This document shows positions 17,921 to 26,382 of a stretch of DNA of 50,567 nt, piece after piece. Position numbers and translations under genes: made by a program. The notes beneath the pieces were generated by a model. That model did no database searches. It saw nothing but the letters and a program-made list of their open reading frames with translations, and had not been told where the DNA came from. Positions within the stretch are counted from its first letter, which is position 1, and the number at the start of each line of letters is the position of its first letter. Location: positions 1 to 50,567 of the forward strand of contig DASWKG010000029.1 of the NCBI GenBank assembly GCA_036396755.1, written 5' to 3'. This stretch comes from Actinomycetota bacterium (GTDB lineage Bacteria; Actinomycetota; UBA4738; CALAEC01).

Positions 17921-18801
17921 CCAAGCAGCGAGGCGGGCTCGGCAGGGGGCTCTCGGCCTTGATCCCCGGGGCGACCGAGGACACCGGCCTCCTCGAGATC
18001 CCCGTCGGGGCGATCGCGCCGAACACCCGCCAGCCGCGCGAGGCGTTCGAGGAGGAGGCGCTCACCTCGCTCGCGCGCTCCATCCGCGAGGTGGGGGTCC
18101 TTCAGCCGGTCGTCGTCCGGCTGCGCGAGGGGGGCTACGAGCTGGTGGCGGGGGAGCGGCGCCTTCGGGCCGCCAAGATGGCCGGCCTGGCGACCATCCC
18201 GGCGATCGTCCGTGAAACCGACGACACCGAGTCCCTGCGCGAGGCGCTGATCGAGAACCTGCACCGGGAGGACCTGAACGCCCTCGAGCAGGCCGCCGCC
18301 TTCCAGGAGCTGCTCGACGAGCTCGGCGTCTCGCACGACACCCTCGGCGAGCGCCTCGGCTACTCGCGCTCGCACATCACCAACACCATCCGCCTCCTCC
18401 AGCTCCCGGCCACCGTGCAGCGGATGCTCGTCGAGGGTCGCCTCTCGTCGGGCCACGCCAGGGCGCTGCTGGGGCTTGACGACACCGAGGCGCAGGAAGC
18501 CCTCGCGCTCCGGGTCCTGGCCGAGGACCTGTCGGTCCGGGACGTCGAAGCGCTGGTCGCCGCCTACCGCGACGGGGACACCTCGGCGCCCGCGCGCCGC
18601 GCGCCGCGCGAGCCCGACCCGAGGGCGGCCGAGGTCGAGGAGCTCCTGTCCGATGCGCTCGCAACACGGGTGCGCCTCCAGCTCGGCAGGCGGAAGGGGA
18701 AGCTCATCGTCGAGTTCGGCTCCGAGGACGACCTCGCCCGCATCGTCGAGATGATCGTGGTCGCCGCCCGGCGGTCCGGCACGGAGCCACCACCGCAGTG
18801 A
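17917..18801 (+). CDS. parB: Chromosome partitioning protein ParB/Spo0J
   Basis: ParB box GERRLRAAK, an HTH region, and an ATGA overlap with parA. Confidence 0.95.
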   Translation: MTKQRGGLGRGLSALIPGATEDTGLLEIPVGAIAPNTRQPREAFEEEALTSLARSIREVGVLQPVVVRLREGGYELVAGERRLRAAKMAGLATIPAIVRETDDTESLREALIENLHREDLNALEQAAAFQELLDELGVSHDTLGERLGYSRSHITNTIRLLQLPATVQRMLVEGRLSSGHARALLGLDDTEAQEALALRVLAEDLSVRDVEALVAAYRDGDTSAPARRAPREPDPRAAEVEELLSDALATRVRLQLGRRKGKLIVEFGSEDDLARIVEMIVVAARRSGTEPPPQ

Positions 18802-18890
18802 GCGAGGGGGCACGCGCCGCGCTGGCGGCCGCGCTGGGCGCGCTGCTCGGTCTCTCGCTCCTGGCGGCGTCGTCCCGGCGCCACGCCTGA
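18798..18890 (+). CDS. Speculative 30-aa hydrophobic peptide that exactly fills the parB-GNAT gap
   Basis: GTG overlaps the parB TGA (GTGA), and the ORF's own TGA lies 2 nt before the next ATG. Translation is VSEGARAALAAALGALLGLSLLAASSRRHA. This could easily be a chance ORF in GC-rich DNA. Confidence 0.2.
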   Translation: MSEGARAALAAALGALLGLSLLAASSRRHA

Positions 18891-18892
18891 GC

Positions 18893-19462
18893 ATGTCCCG
18901 CAGCATCGCCGACGTGTCCCTCGACAACCTCCACCTCCTGCCCGGCGAGGTGCGTGGCAGCGTCTTCTGGGAGCTCGACCCCGACGTCGGCGGCGTCGAT
19001 CCCGAGCTGCACAAGGAGGAGTGGTTCTCCTCGACCCTTCTGGAGTGGGGCCCCTGCGGGAAGGTCATGGTCGAGGACGAGCGGGCGGTCGCGTTCGCGC
19101 AGTTCGCCCCGGCGTCGCTCTTCCCTCGGCTCGCGTCCTATCGGTGCGGGCGGGTGTCGGCCGATGCGTTGTATCTCGCGTACTGCTACGTCGTCCGCAA
19201 GCGCCGAGGCCGCAAGCTGGGGACCGAGATGCTGCGGTCGGTCGGTCGTGACGCCGCCGGCCGCGGGTTCCGCGCGCTCGAGTCGCTGGGGGAGCGGACG
19301 TGGCAGGGCGGCTGGGTCCTGCCGGCCGCGTTCCTCGAGGCGAACCGCTTCACGGTGGTTCGCGAGGATGCCGAGGTGCCGCTCCTCCGGCTCGATCTGT
19401 GGGAAGCCGCGGCGCCGGCGGAGGCCCGCCACACGGCCGCGGCCGCGCTGCCCGCGACCTGA
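18893..19462 (+). CDS. GNAT-family N-acetyltransferase
   Basis: Acetyl-CoA loop VVRKRRGRKLGTEMLR, of typical GNAT size. Confidence 0.7.
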   Translation: MSRSIADVSLDNLHLLPGEVRGSVFWELDPDVGGVDPELHKEEWFSSTLLEWGPCGKVMVEDERAVAFAQFAPASLFPRLASYRCGRVSADALYLAYCYVVRKRRGRKLGTEMLRSVGRDAAGRGFRALESLGERTWQGGWVLPAAFLEANRFTVVREDAEVPLLRLDLWEAAAPAEARHTAAAALPAT

Positions 19463-20539
19463 TCAGACCTCGGCGGCCCGCCCTGCGAAGAACCCCTCGA
19501 GCGCCTCGGCCATCGCCACGGCCAGCTCGTGGGGGAGCCGTCCTTCGGAGAGGATTCGCTCCTCCCTCGGGTTCGTGATGAAGCACGGCTCGACGTGGAC
19601 GGCGGGCATGGGGGTTTCACGGAGGAGCGGGTAGGTCTTGGGGTGCGTTCGACCGTCCTTCATCCCCAGGGCGATCAGGTGCTCCTGCACCATCTCGGCG
19701 AGCGCCCGTCCCGCCACCGAGACCGAGCCCTCGCGGCCGAAGTAGTAGCACGAAGCCCCCTCGGCGGCCGGGTCGCCGTGGCTCCCCATGTGGATGCTGA
19801 TGAGGGCGTCGGCGCCGCTCTCGCCGGCCCGGGCGACCCGCTCCTCCGACGGGAGGTCCTCCCCGGGCTCGCGCAGCAGGACCGGCTTCGCTCCTCGCTC
19901 GCGCAGCTCCTCGGCGAGCCGCTCGCAGAGCGCATAGGTGGCCTCGGCCTCGATGAGGCCGCCCGGTCCGACCGCGCCGGGGTCGCCGGGTCCGTGGCCG
20001 GCGTCGAGCGCGACGAGCCTGCCGGCCAGCGAGCCCGCCTCACGCAGGGCCTCGGTCTCACGGACCCCCGTTCTCCCGATGCCGCCGCCGCGCGGCTGGA
20101 TGCGCTCGAGCGCCTCCCAGGTGGTGGTCCCCACGATGCCGTCGGGCGCCAGCCCCACGTTGCGTTGGAACTCCTTGATCGCCCGGGCCGTCTGCTCGCC
20201 GAGGATCCCGTCCTCGCGGCCGGGATCGAACCCGAGCGGGTTCAGCCGCTGCTGGAGGGCGCGGACGTCGTCGCCGCGGAAGTGAGGGGAGCGGAGGTAC
20301 AGGACCCGGTCGCCGAGCGAGTACCCGGCCTCGACGAGCGCGCCCCACGTCGACGGGCCCACGAGGCCGTCGGCGAGCAGCCCCCGCCGCTGCTGGAAGT
20401 CCCGGACGGCGCGGTCGGTCGCGGGGCCGAATCGGGCGGCCTGGATCTCGGCCTGCTCGACCGGGAAGCCGAGGGACTGGAGGCGGGCCTGGACGTCGCG
20501 GATCTCGTCGCCCGTATCGCCCTGCCGGAAGGCTCTCAT
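19463..20539 (-). CDS. cwlM: N-acetylmuramoyl-L-alanine amidase with two peptidoglycan-binding repeats (CwlM-like)
   Basis: Two PG_binding_1 repeats (GDTGDEIRDVQARLQSLGF..; GDDVRALQQRLNPLGF..DGIVGTTTWEAL) followed by an Amidase_3 core (LDAGHGPGDPGAVG..ISIHMGS). Position next to trxA/trxB matches mycobacteria. Confidence 0.85.
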   Translation of the reverse strand: MRAFRQGDTGDEIRDVQARLQSLGFPVEQAEIQAARFGPATDRAVRDFQQRRGLLADGLVGPSTWGALVEAGYSLGDRVLYLRSPHFRGDDVRALQQRLNPLGFDPGREDGILGEQTARAIKEFQRNVGLAPDGIVGTTTWEALERIQPRGGGIGRTGVRETEALREAGSLAGRLVALDAGHGPGDPGAVGPGGLIEAEATYALCERLAEELRERGAKPVLLREPGEDLPSEERVARAGESGADALISIHMGSHGDPAAEGASCYYFGREGSVSVAGRALAEMVQEHLIALGMKDGRTHPKTYPLLRETPMPAVHVEPCFITNPREERILSEGRLPHELAVAMAEALEGFFAGRAAEV

Positions 20540-20582
20540 CCGGCGAGTATGGACTATCGAGGAAAGACTGCCGCCGGGCGGG

Positions 20583-20915
20583 CTACCCCGCGACGTGCTG
20601 CTGGATCTCCTGGAGGATGAACTCCTTGGGGCGGGCGCCGACCACCCTCGCGAGCTCCTCGCCGCCCTTGAACAGGATGAGGGTCGGGATGCTCATCACG
20701 CCGTAGCGCTGGGCGGTTGCGGGGTTGTCGTCGACGTTCAGCTTGGCGACCTGCAGGGTCTCCTTCTGCTCACGGCCGATCTCCTCGACGACGGGGGAGA
20801 CCATGTGGCATGGAACGCACCAGTCGGCCCAGAAGTCCACGAGGACCGGCTTCTCCGACTTCAGTACCTCCTGCTCGAAGCCTGCGTCGGTCGCGGTCAT
20901 GATGTCGTCGGCCAT
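20583..20915 (-). CDS. trxA: Thioredoxin with a variant CVPC active site
   Basis: 110 aa. VLVDFWADWCVPCHMVSP, PT(L)ILFK, cis-Pro region MSIPTL. Confidence 0.92.
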   Translation of the reverse strand: MADDIMTATDAGFEQEVLKSEKPVLVDFWADWCVPCHMVSPVVEEIGREQKETLQVAKLNVDDNPATAQRYGVMSIPTLILFKGGEELARVVGARPKEFILQEIQQHVAG

Positions 20916-20979
20916 CTGGGTTCCTCCTTCGTCACGGATGTGGATCGGCGGGGTGTCGCACTGCTCTCTCGGAGTGTGA

Positions 20980-21006
20980 AACCTCGCCCGGTCCCTCGGA
21001 TATTCC
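20980..21006 (-). promoter_or_regulatory. SigR/SigH-type ECF promoter motif GGAAT-N19-GTT upstream of trxA
   Basis: Minus strand has GGAAT (21006-21002), a 19-nt spacer, then GTT (20982-20980). It lies about 65 nt upstream of the trxA ATG, which has SD GAAGGAGG. Confidence 0.5.
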
Positions 21007-21008
21007 CA

Positions 21009-21557
21009 CTATGCAGGGTCGCCATACAGCCTGTCCACGACCCGCGCCCGAGCCGCGCCGGTGAGGCTCTCGAGCCGCCCCTCGCCGGCGGCCGTTGCCG
21101 AGGCGGCTCGCCGGTACCACCGGCTCACGAGCGGGTAGGGGTCGATCCAGCCGTCGGGGCCCTCGATGCCGAAGTGCAGGTGCGGCGGGAACTCGTCGGT
21201 CCACCCGGGCGGGCCGTAGCCGGTGTTGCCGACCTCGCCGAGCATCGTCCCCGCTTCGACCGCGCGACCCGGAGCGATGTCCGGAGCGATCGCCGACAGA
21301 TGCGCGTAGAAGTAGTAGCGGCCATCGTCACCGCGCACGCCGACCCGGGTGCCCGAGTAGAAGGTCCAGCCCGTCGCCTCGACCCTCCCCGGGGAGGCGG
21401 AGAGCACCGGGGTTCCCTCCTCGGCGACGATGTCGACGCCCTCGTGGAACCCGACGAGCTGCCACCGGCCGTCGATCAGGCGGAAGCGCGCGTCGTGCCA
21501 GTCGTCCTCGAACTCGATCACCGAGCGCCAGCTCGTGCGTGCGAGGGGGAAGGTCAT
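21009..21557 (-). CDS. M23 (LytM-type) metallopeptidase; the true N-terminus is probably further upstream
   Basis: HEGVDI...GNTGYG..PHLHFGI (HxxxD / HxH zinc motifs). The frame stays open upstream to 21701 and encodes a signal-peptide-like LTLRRASALCLLSILVWQGGATVPAA with no ATG/GTG/TTG. Confidence 0.85.
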   Translation of the reverse strand: MTFPLARTSWRSVIEFEDDWHDARFRLIDGRWQLVGFHEGVDIVAEEGTPVLSASPGRVEATGWTFYSGTRVGVRGDDGRYYFYAHLSAIAPDIAPGRAVEAGTMLGEVGNTGYGPPGWTDEFPPHLHFGIEGPDGWIDPYPLVSRWYRRAASATAAGEGRLESLTGAARARVVDRLYGDPA

Positions 21558-21697
21558 GCCGTCGACCAGAACGGGCCGGAAGTAGGCGGGGGGCGGTCGA
21601 GCGCCGCCGCCGCTCGCGGGCGTGGCGGCCGGGACCGTCGCACCGCCCTGCCAGACGAGGATCGAGAGCAGGCAGAGCGCGGAGGCCCGGCGGAGGG

Positions 21698-22630
21698 TCA
21701 GTGCCCCTGCGCCTCCAGGTACCGCTCCGCGTCCATCGCGGCCTTGCAGCCCATCCCCGCGGCGGTGATCGCCTGGCGGTAGGTGGAGTCGACGACGTCG
21801 CCGGCGGCGAACACGCCCTCGACGTTCGTCTGCGTCCCCGGCTCACGCACCACGAGGTAGCCGCTCGACATGTCGAGCTGGCCCTCGAAGATCGCGGTGT
21901 TCGGGGTGTGACCGATCGCGACGAACACGCCCCCCACGGCGAGGTCATCGGTCTCGTCGGTCTCGACGTTGCGCAGTCGCACGCCGCTCACCTTCCCGTC
22001 GCCGAGCACCTCCTCGACGACGCGGCTCCACGCGAACTCGATCTTCTCGTTCGCCTCCGCGCGGTCCTGCATGATCTTCGAGGCCCGCAGCTCGGGGCGC
22101 CGATGCACGACCGTCACCTTGTCGGCGAACCGGGTGAGGAAGAGCGCCTCCTCCATCGCGGAGTCGCCGCCGCCGACGACCGCGAGCTCCTGGCCGCGGA
22201 AGAAGAAGCCGTCGCAGGTGGCGCAGGTCGAGACCCCGTGCCCGAGGAGCTTCCGCTCGGACTCGAGCCCCAGCATCTTCGCCTTCGCGCCGGTCGCGAC
22301 GATCACCGTGCGGGCCCGGTACTCCTCGTCGCCCGACCACACACGGAAGGGACGCTCGGAGAGGTCCACCCGCGTGGCCTCCTGGTGCAGCATCTCGGCG
22401 CCGAACCGGACGGCCTGCTTCTCCATGAGCTCCATCAGCTCGGGGCCGAGGATGCCCTCGGGGAAGCCGGGGAAGTTCTCCACGTCGGTCGTGAGCATCA
22501 GCTGGCCGCCGGCCTCGAAGCCCTTCAGCACCAGCGGCTCGAGGTTCGCGCGAGCCGCGTACAGGGCCGCCGTGAAACCGGCGGGCCCGGACCCGATCAC
22601 GACGACGTTCCGCTCGCTCACCATGCGCAT
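21698..22630 (-). CDS. trxB: Thioredoxin-disulfide reductase
   Basis: FAD motif GSGPAG, redox centre CATCDG, NADPH motif GGGDSAMEEA. Confidence 0.96.
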   Translation of the reverse strand: MRMVSERNVVVIGSGPAGFTAALYAARANLEPLVLKGFEAGGQLMLTTDVENFPGFPEGILGPELMELMEKQAVRFGAEMLHQEATRVDLSERPFRVWSGDEEYRARTVIVATGAKAKMLGLESERKLLGHGVSTCATCDGFFFRGQELAVVGGGDSAMEEALFLTRFADKVTVVHRRPELRASKIMQDRAEANEKIEFAWSRVVEEVLGDGKVSGVRLRNVETDETDDLAVGGVFVAIGHTPNTAIFEGQLDMSSGYLVVREPGTQTNVEGVFAAGDVVDSTYRQAITAAGMGCKAAMDAERYLEAQGH

Positions 22631-22664
22631 TCTCTCACAGGGGGTTGAGGCCTCCGGAGTGAGG

Positions 22665-22690
22665 AACCGCCGGCGGCGCCCGGAGATTCC
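22665..22690 (-). promoter_or_regulatory. SigR/SigH-type ECF promoter GGAAT-N18-GTT upstream of trxB
   Basis: Minus strand has GGAAT (22690-22686), exactly 18 nt, then GTT (22667-22665). It lies between the anti-sigma stop and the trxB start. Confidence 0.6.
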
Positions 22691-22702
22691 GCGCCGCGGG
22701 CG

Positions 22703-23533
22703 CTAGAGCTTCTGGAAGGCGTAGTGGAGGGGGGCGCAGCCCTCCCGCGACACGGCGACGAGGGTGACGCGGTCGTAGGGGGCGTCGGCGTCGGGGCCCT
22801 GGAGGAAGACCGCGAGGTAGGCGGGCTCGTCGCGGAAGGCGGCCTCCTCGATGAGGAACGGGGACACGATTCCCTCCGGGGCCACGGTCCCGGTGACGCA
22901 GGAGATCGCCGTTCCCGCGCGCTGATCGAGGTCCCGCAGGTCGAAGCTCGCGTAGAAGTCCCGCGCCGTCGGCGGGAACCCGGCGTCGATCGCGGCGACG
23001 GCTTCCTCGGCGAGCCGCGGCGCGAGCTCGGCGAGGAGCTCGGGGTCGTAGCTCGTGTCGGAGACGCGGAACTTGGGATAGGCGCTCGCCGAAGTGAGCG
23101 CGGCGGGGCTGTCGGCCGCCGGCTCGGCCGTCGTCGCATCCTCCGCGTCGGCTCCGCCGCGCCCCCCCCCCTCGGCCGCCGGTGCGGAGGTCTGCTCGCC
23201 GGCCGCGTCGCCGCCGACCGTGTCCGGCCCGCCCGACATGCCGACCCAAACCAGCACGCCCACGATCGCGGCCGCGGCCGCCGTGGCCCCCGCGCGCATC
23301 GCGAAGCCGCCCGCCCGCCCGGTGCCGCGGACTCGGCGACGGACCTCGAGCGCGATGCCGGAAGGAGCGTCGACCTCGGGGAGCGCCGCGACCGCCGCGC
23401 GCGCGAGGCCTGCCGCTGCCACCTCGTCGCGGCACCGCTCGCACCCGGCCAGGTGCGCGTCGACGCGGGCCCGCTCTTCGGGCCCGAGGGTGCCGTCGAC
23501 GTACTCGGCCAGCAGGTCCTCTGGGTGGGTCAC
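22703..23533 (-). CDS. Membrane anti-sigma factor (zf-HC2) with an uncharacterised extracytoplasmic domain
   Basis: GTG 23533 overlaps the sigma-gene TGA (GTGA). It has HLAGCERCRDEV (Hx3Cx2C), a TM helix AAAAAIVGVLVWVG, and a C-terminal domain of about 150 aa with 2 Cys. Confidence 0.8.
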   Translation of the reverse strand: MTHPEDLLAEYVDGTLGPEERARVDAHLAGCERCRDEVAAAGLARAAVAALPEVDAPSGIALEVRRRVRGTGRAGGFAMRAGATAAAAAIVGVLVWVGMSGGPDTVGGDAAGEQTSAPAAEGGGRGGADAEDATTAEPAADSPAALTSASAYPKFRVSDTSYDPELLAELAPRLAEEAVAAIDAGFPPTARDFYASFDLRDLDQRAGTAISCVTGTVAPEGIVSPFLIEEAAFRDEPAYLAVFLQGPDADAPYDRVTLVAVSREGCAPLHYAFQKL

Positions 23534-24102
23534 TTTGCCTCCTGGAACTTCGACGGGTCGGACCCCTCCGGCGGTTCCCCACCGAGGGCCCGGGCCAGGG
23601 CGAGGCGGGCCCGGTGGATCCGCGACTTCACGGTCCCGAGCGGCGCGCCGATCGCCTGGGCGACCTCCTCGTAGGGGAGGTCCTGCAGGTCGTGGAGCAG
23701 GAGGACGACGCGGTACTCCTCGGGCAGCTGGCGGAGACCGCGCTCCACGTCGGCCGCGGCGGCTGCCTGCGACGCCGGGTCCCCGCCGCGGCCCTGTTCC
23801 TCGGGCGGCTCCTCCTCGGCCGGGCGCTCGCGCATGCGCTTGCGCAGCGTGTCGTGGCACACGTTCACGGCCACCCGGTAGAGCCAGGTGCTGAACTTCG
23901 AGTCCCCGCGGAAGCCCGAGAGCTTCCGCATGCAGCTGACGAAGACGTCCTGGGTGGCGTCGGCCGCGTCCTCGGGGCGGCCGAGCATCCGGTAGCAGAG
24001 CCCGTAGATCCGATCCTGGTGGCGCTCGACGAGCGCGCCCATCGCGGACCGGTCCCCCCGGAGGAACCCGCGGACCAGCTCCTCGTCGGGGACGTCAGCC
24101 AC
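23530..24102 (-). CDS. ECF RNA polymerase sigma factor (SigM-like position)
   Basis: Region 2 (ATQDVFV..FSTWLYRVAVN) and region 4 (VLLLHDLQDLPYEEVAQAIGAPLGTVKSRIHRAR). Confidence 0.9.
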   Translation of the reverse strand: MADVPDEELVRGFLRGDRSAMGALVERHQDRIYGLCYRMLGRPEDAADATQDVFVSCMRKLSGFRGDSKFSTWLYRVAVNVCHDTLRKRMRERPAEEEPPEEQGRGGDPASQAAAAADVERGLRQLPEEYRVVLLLHDLQDLPYEEVAQAIGAPLGTVKSRIHRARLALARALGGEPPEGSDPSKFQEAK

Positions 24103-25552
24103 CGAAGACCTCGACCTCCGCCACCTCGGCCCGGTACTCGTCGACCCGCACGAGCCCGGTGATCCAGATCATCAGGTATCGGTACGAGGCGTCCTCGGGT
24201 CGCACGGTGGTCCGCTCGCCGGCGACGAACGACGTCTCTCCGCCGTCGGCTCCCAGCGCCGGTGAGAACGAGGTGCCGTCATCGGACCCCCGCAGCTCGA
24301 AGGTCCACCCGGGGTGGGGGCTCGCGATCCGCACCTCGGCGACGGTCGCCGCCTCGCCGAGGTCGAGGACGAGCCCCACGCCGTCCTTGATGCCTCCCAG
24401 GTCGGGGGTGGTGTAGCCCTCGGTCTGCCAGTAGGTCAAGGCGTCGCGGTCGATGGCGAGCGCCACGTCCTCCTCGTGCTCCTCGCCGTTGTCGCCCTCG
24501 GGGTCGTGGGACGAGGCGCCCGAGATCGCGAGCGGCTGGGCGGGCGGGGCGATGGACGCCTGGGGGTCGCCGCCGCCGGTCAGGTTTCCGATCTCGATCC
24601 GGCCGACCAGCAGGCCGATGACCACCGCCACCGCGGCGAGGCCGACCAGGATCAGGGGGACGAGCGCCCACGACCGGAAGGTCGATGCCGGGGCGGCGTC
24701 CGCCTCGGGGCGGGCGGGCGAGGGCGCATGGTCCCGGCCGACCGAGCAGCGGTCGAGCGCGGCGATCATGTCGGCCGCGCTCTGGTAGCGCCGGTCGGGA
24801 TCGCGGGCCATCGCCCGCCGGACGACGGCCTCGAGGTCGCGAGGGATCCCGCCGCGCAGGGTTCCCGGCGGCACGGGGTCCTGGGTCAGCCGCAGGCTCG
24901 CCGTCGCTAGGGACGAGCGTCCCTGGAACGGGGGACGTCCGGTGAGCATCTCGTACAGGACCGCCCCCACCGCGTAGAGGTCCGACCGCGCGTCGGCCTC
25001 CCCGCCGTCGACCTGCTCAGGAGCGAGATAGGCGACGCTCCCGATCAGGTCCCCGGTGGTCGAGATGTCGCCGCTCGCGAACGCCGCGCTCGCGATCCCG
25101 AAGTCGGCGACCTTCACGCGCCGACCCTGCAGGACGATGTTGTCGGGCTTCACGTCCCGGTGCACCACGCCGCGGGCGTGGGCGTGGGCGAGGCCCTCGA
25201 GCGTCCCGCGGGCGATGCGAACCGCCTCGGCCGGCGGGAGCGGGGTGCCGAGCTCCGCGGAGAGCGAGGGCCCCTCGACCATCTCCATCACGATGAAGCA
25301 GGTCGTGCCGTCGAGCCCGGTGTCGAAGATGCGCACGACCGCATGATGCGAGAGGCCGGCGGCGAGCACCGCCTCGCGCCGGAAGCGCGCGAGCGCCTCC
25401 TCGTTCGCGGCGAGCCCCTCGTGGAGGATCTTCACGGCGACCGGGCGGTCGAGCACCTGGTCGCGCGCACGCCACACGTCGGCCATGCCGCCGGAGGCGA
25501 CCGGCGTCTCGAGCAGGTAGCGCCCCGCGAGGAGGCGGCGGTCGGTCTTCAC
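24095..25552 (-). CDS. Transmembrane Ser/Thr protein kinase with a C-terminal discoidin (F5/8 type C / CBM-like) ectodomain
   Basis: GTG 25552 overlaps the degV TGA. Catalytic motifs are intact: VAVK, HRDVKPDN, DFG, APE. TM helix WALVPLILVGLAAVAVVIGLLVG. The ectodomain has AIDRDALTYWQTEGY...YLMIWITG, typical of discoidin-like sugar-binding folds. Confidence 0.85.
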   Translation of the reverse strand: MKTDRRLLAGRYLLETPVASGGMADVWRARDQVLDRPVAVKILHEGLAANEEALARFRREAVLAAGLSHHAVVRIFDTGLDGTTCFIVMEMVEGPSLSAELGTPLPPAEAVRIARGTLEGLAHAHARGVVHRDVKPDNIVLQGRRVKVADFGIASAAFASGDISTTGDLIGSVAYLAPEQVDGGEADARSDLYAVGAVLYEMLTGRPPFQGRSSLATASLRLTQDPVPPGTLRGGIPRDLEAVVRRAMARDPDRRYQSAADMIAALDRCSVGRDHAPSPARPEADAAPASTFRSWALVPLILVGLAAVAVVIGLLVGRIEIGNLTGGGDPQASIAPPAQPLAISGASSHDPEGDNGEEHEEDVALAIDRDALTYWQTEGYTTPDLGGIKDGVGLVLDLGEAATVAEVRIASPHPGWTFELRGSDDGTSFSPALGADGGETSFVAGERTTVRPEDASYRYLMIWITGLVRVDEYRAEVAEVEVFGG

Positions 25553-26382
25553 TGGCTCGCCAGTGTACTTTCCGGTCGCAGCACGGCGACGCCGAGCGCT
25601 GCGGGGCCGAGATGGGTCCCGGTCACCGCGCCGATCAGCGTGACGATCGGCTCGACCCCGCACGCCTCTCGGACGCGAGCGGCCACCTCGGACGCCTCGG
25701 ACGCCCCTCCGTGCAGGACCCCCGCGGCCTCCGCCGGTCCCGCGGCGCGCTCCAGCACCTCGTCGAGCGCCCGGCCGCGCGTGCGCGCCCGCGCCACGAG
25801 GACCGGCTCGCCGTCCTCGACCGACAGGATCGGCCGGATGCGAAGGAGGTCGGTGACGGCCGCCTTCGCCCGTCCCACCCGCCCGCCCCGGCGAAGGAAG
25901 TCGACCGTCTCGAGGAGCGCGTAGACCTCGAGTCGGGCGACCGCTCCCCGGGCCGTCGCCGCGACGGCCGCGAGGTCGCCACCGGCCTCGGCCGCCTCCG
26001 ACGCCGCGAGGGCCACGAGGCCCTCACCGAGCGAGACCGACCGGCTGTCCACGACCTCCACGGGCAGCGGCGCCTCGCCACCGGCCATGCGCGCCGACTC
26101 GGCGGTCCTCGAGAGCTTCCCCGACACGTGGACCGACACGACGCCGGCGGCCCCTCGTTCGGCCGCCGCCCGGTACGCCTCCAGCAGGGCGGCCGGCGGG
26201 GGGGAGGCCGTCGTCGGGAACTCGGGGCCGGCGTCTACCCGCTCCCAGAAGGCGGTGGCCGGCAGGTCGACGCCGTCGCGGAACTCGTTGCTGCCGAACC
26301 GAACGGTGAGCGGCACGATGGAGATGGCCGGGGCCAGGCCGGGGGGAAGATCCGCCGCCGAGTCGGCGACGACCGCGATCAT
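25549..26382 (-). CDS. DegV-family (FakB-like) fatty-acid-binding protein
   Basis: 277 aa. IAVVADSAADLP...V.LTVRFG..EFRDGVDL...F...........TTASPPP..L...Y ... H.GP...GV. Confidence 0.8.
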   Translation of the reverse strand: MIAVVADSAADLPPGLAPAISIVPLTVRFGSNEFRDGVDLPATAFWERVDAGPEFPTTASPPPAALLEAYRAAAERGAAGVVSVHVSGKLSRTAESARMAGGEAPLPVEVVDSRSVSLGEGLVALAASEAAEAGGDLAAVAATARGAVARLEVYALLETVDFLRRGGRVGRAKAAVTDLLRIRPILSVEDGEPVLVARARTRGRALDEVLERAAGPAEAAGVLHGGASEASEVAARVREACGVEPIVTLIGAVTGTHLGPAALGVAVLRPESTLASQ

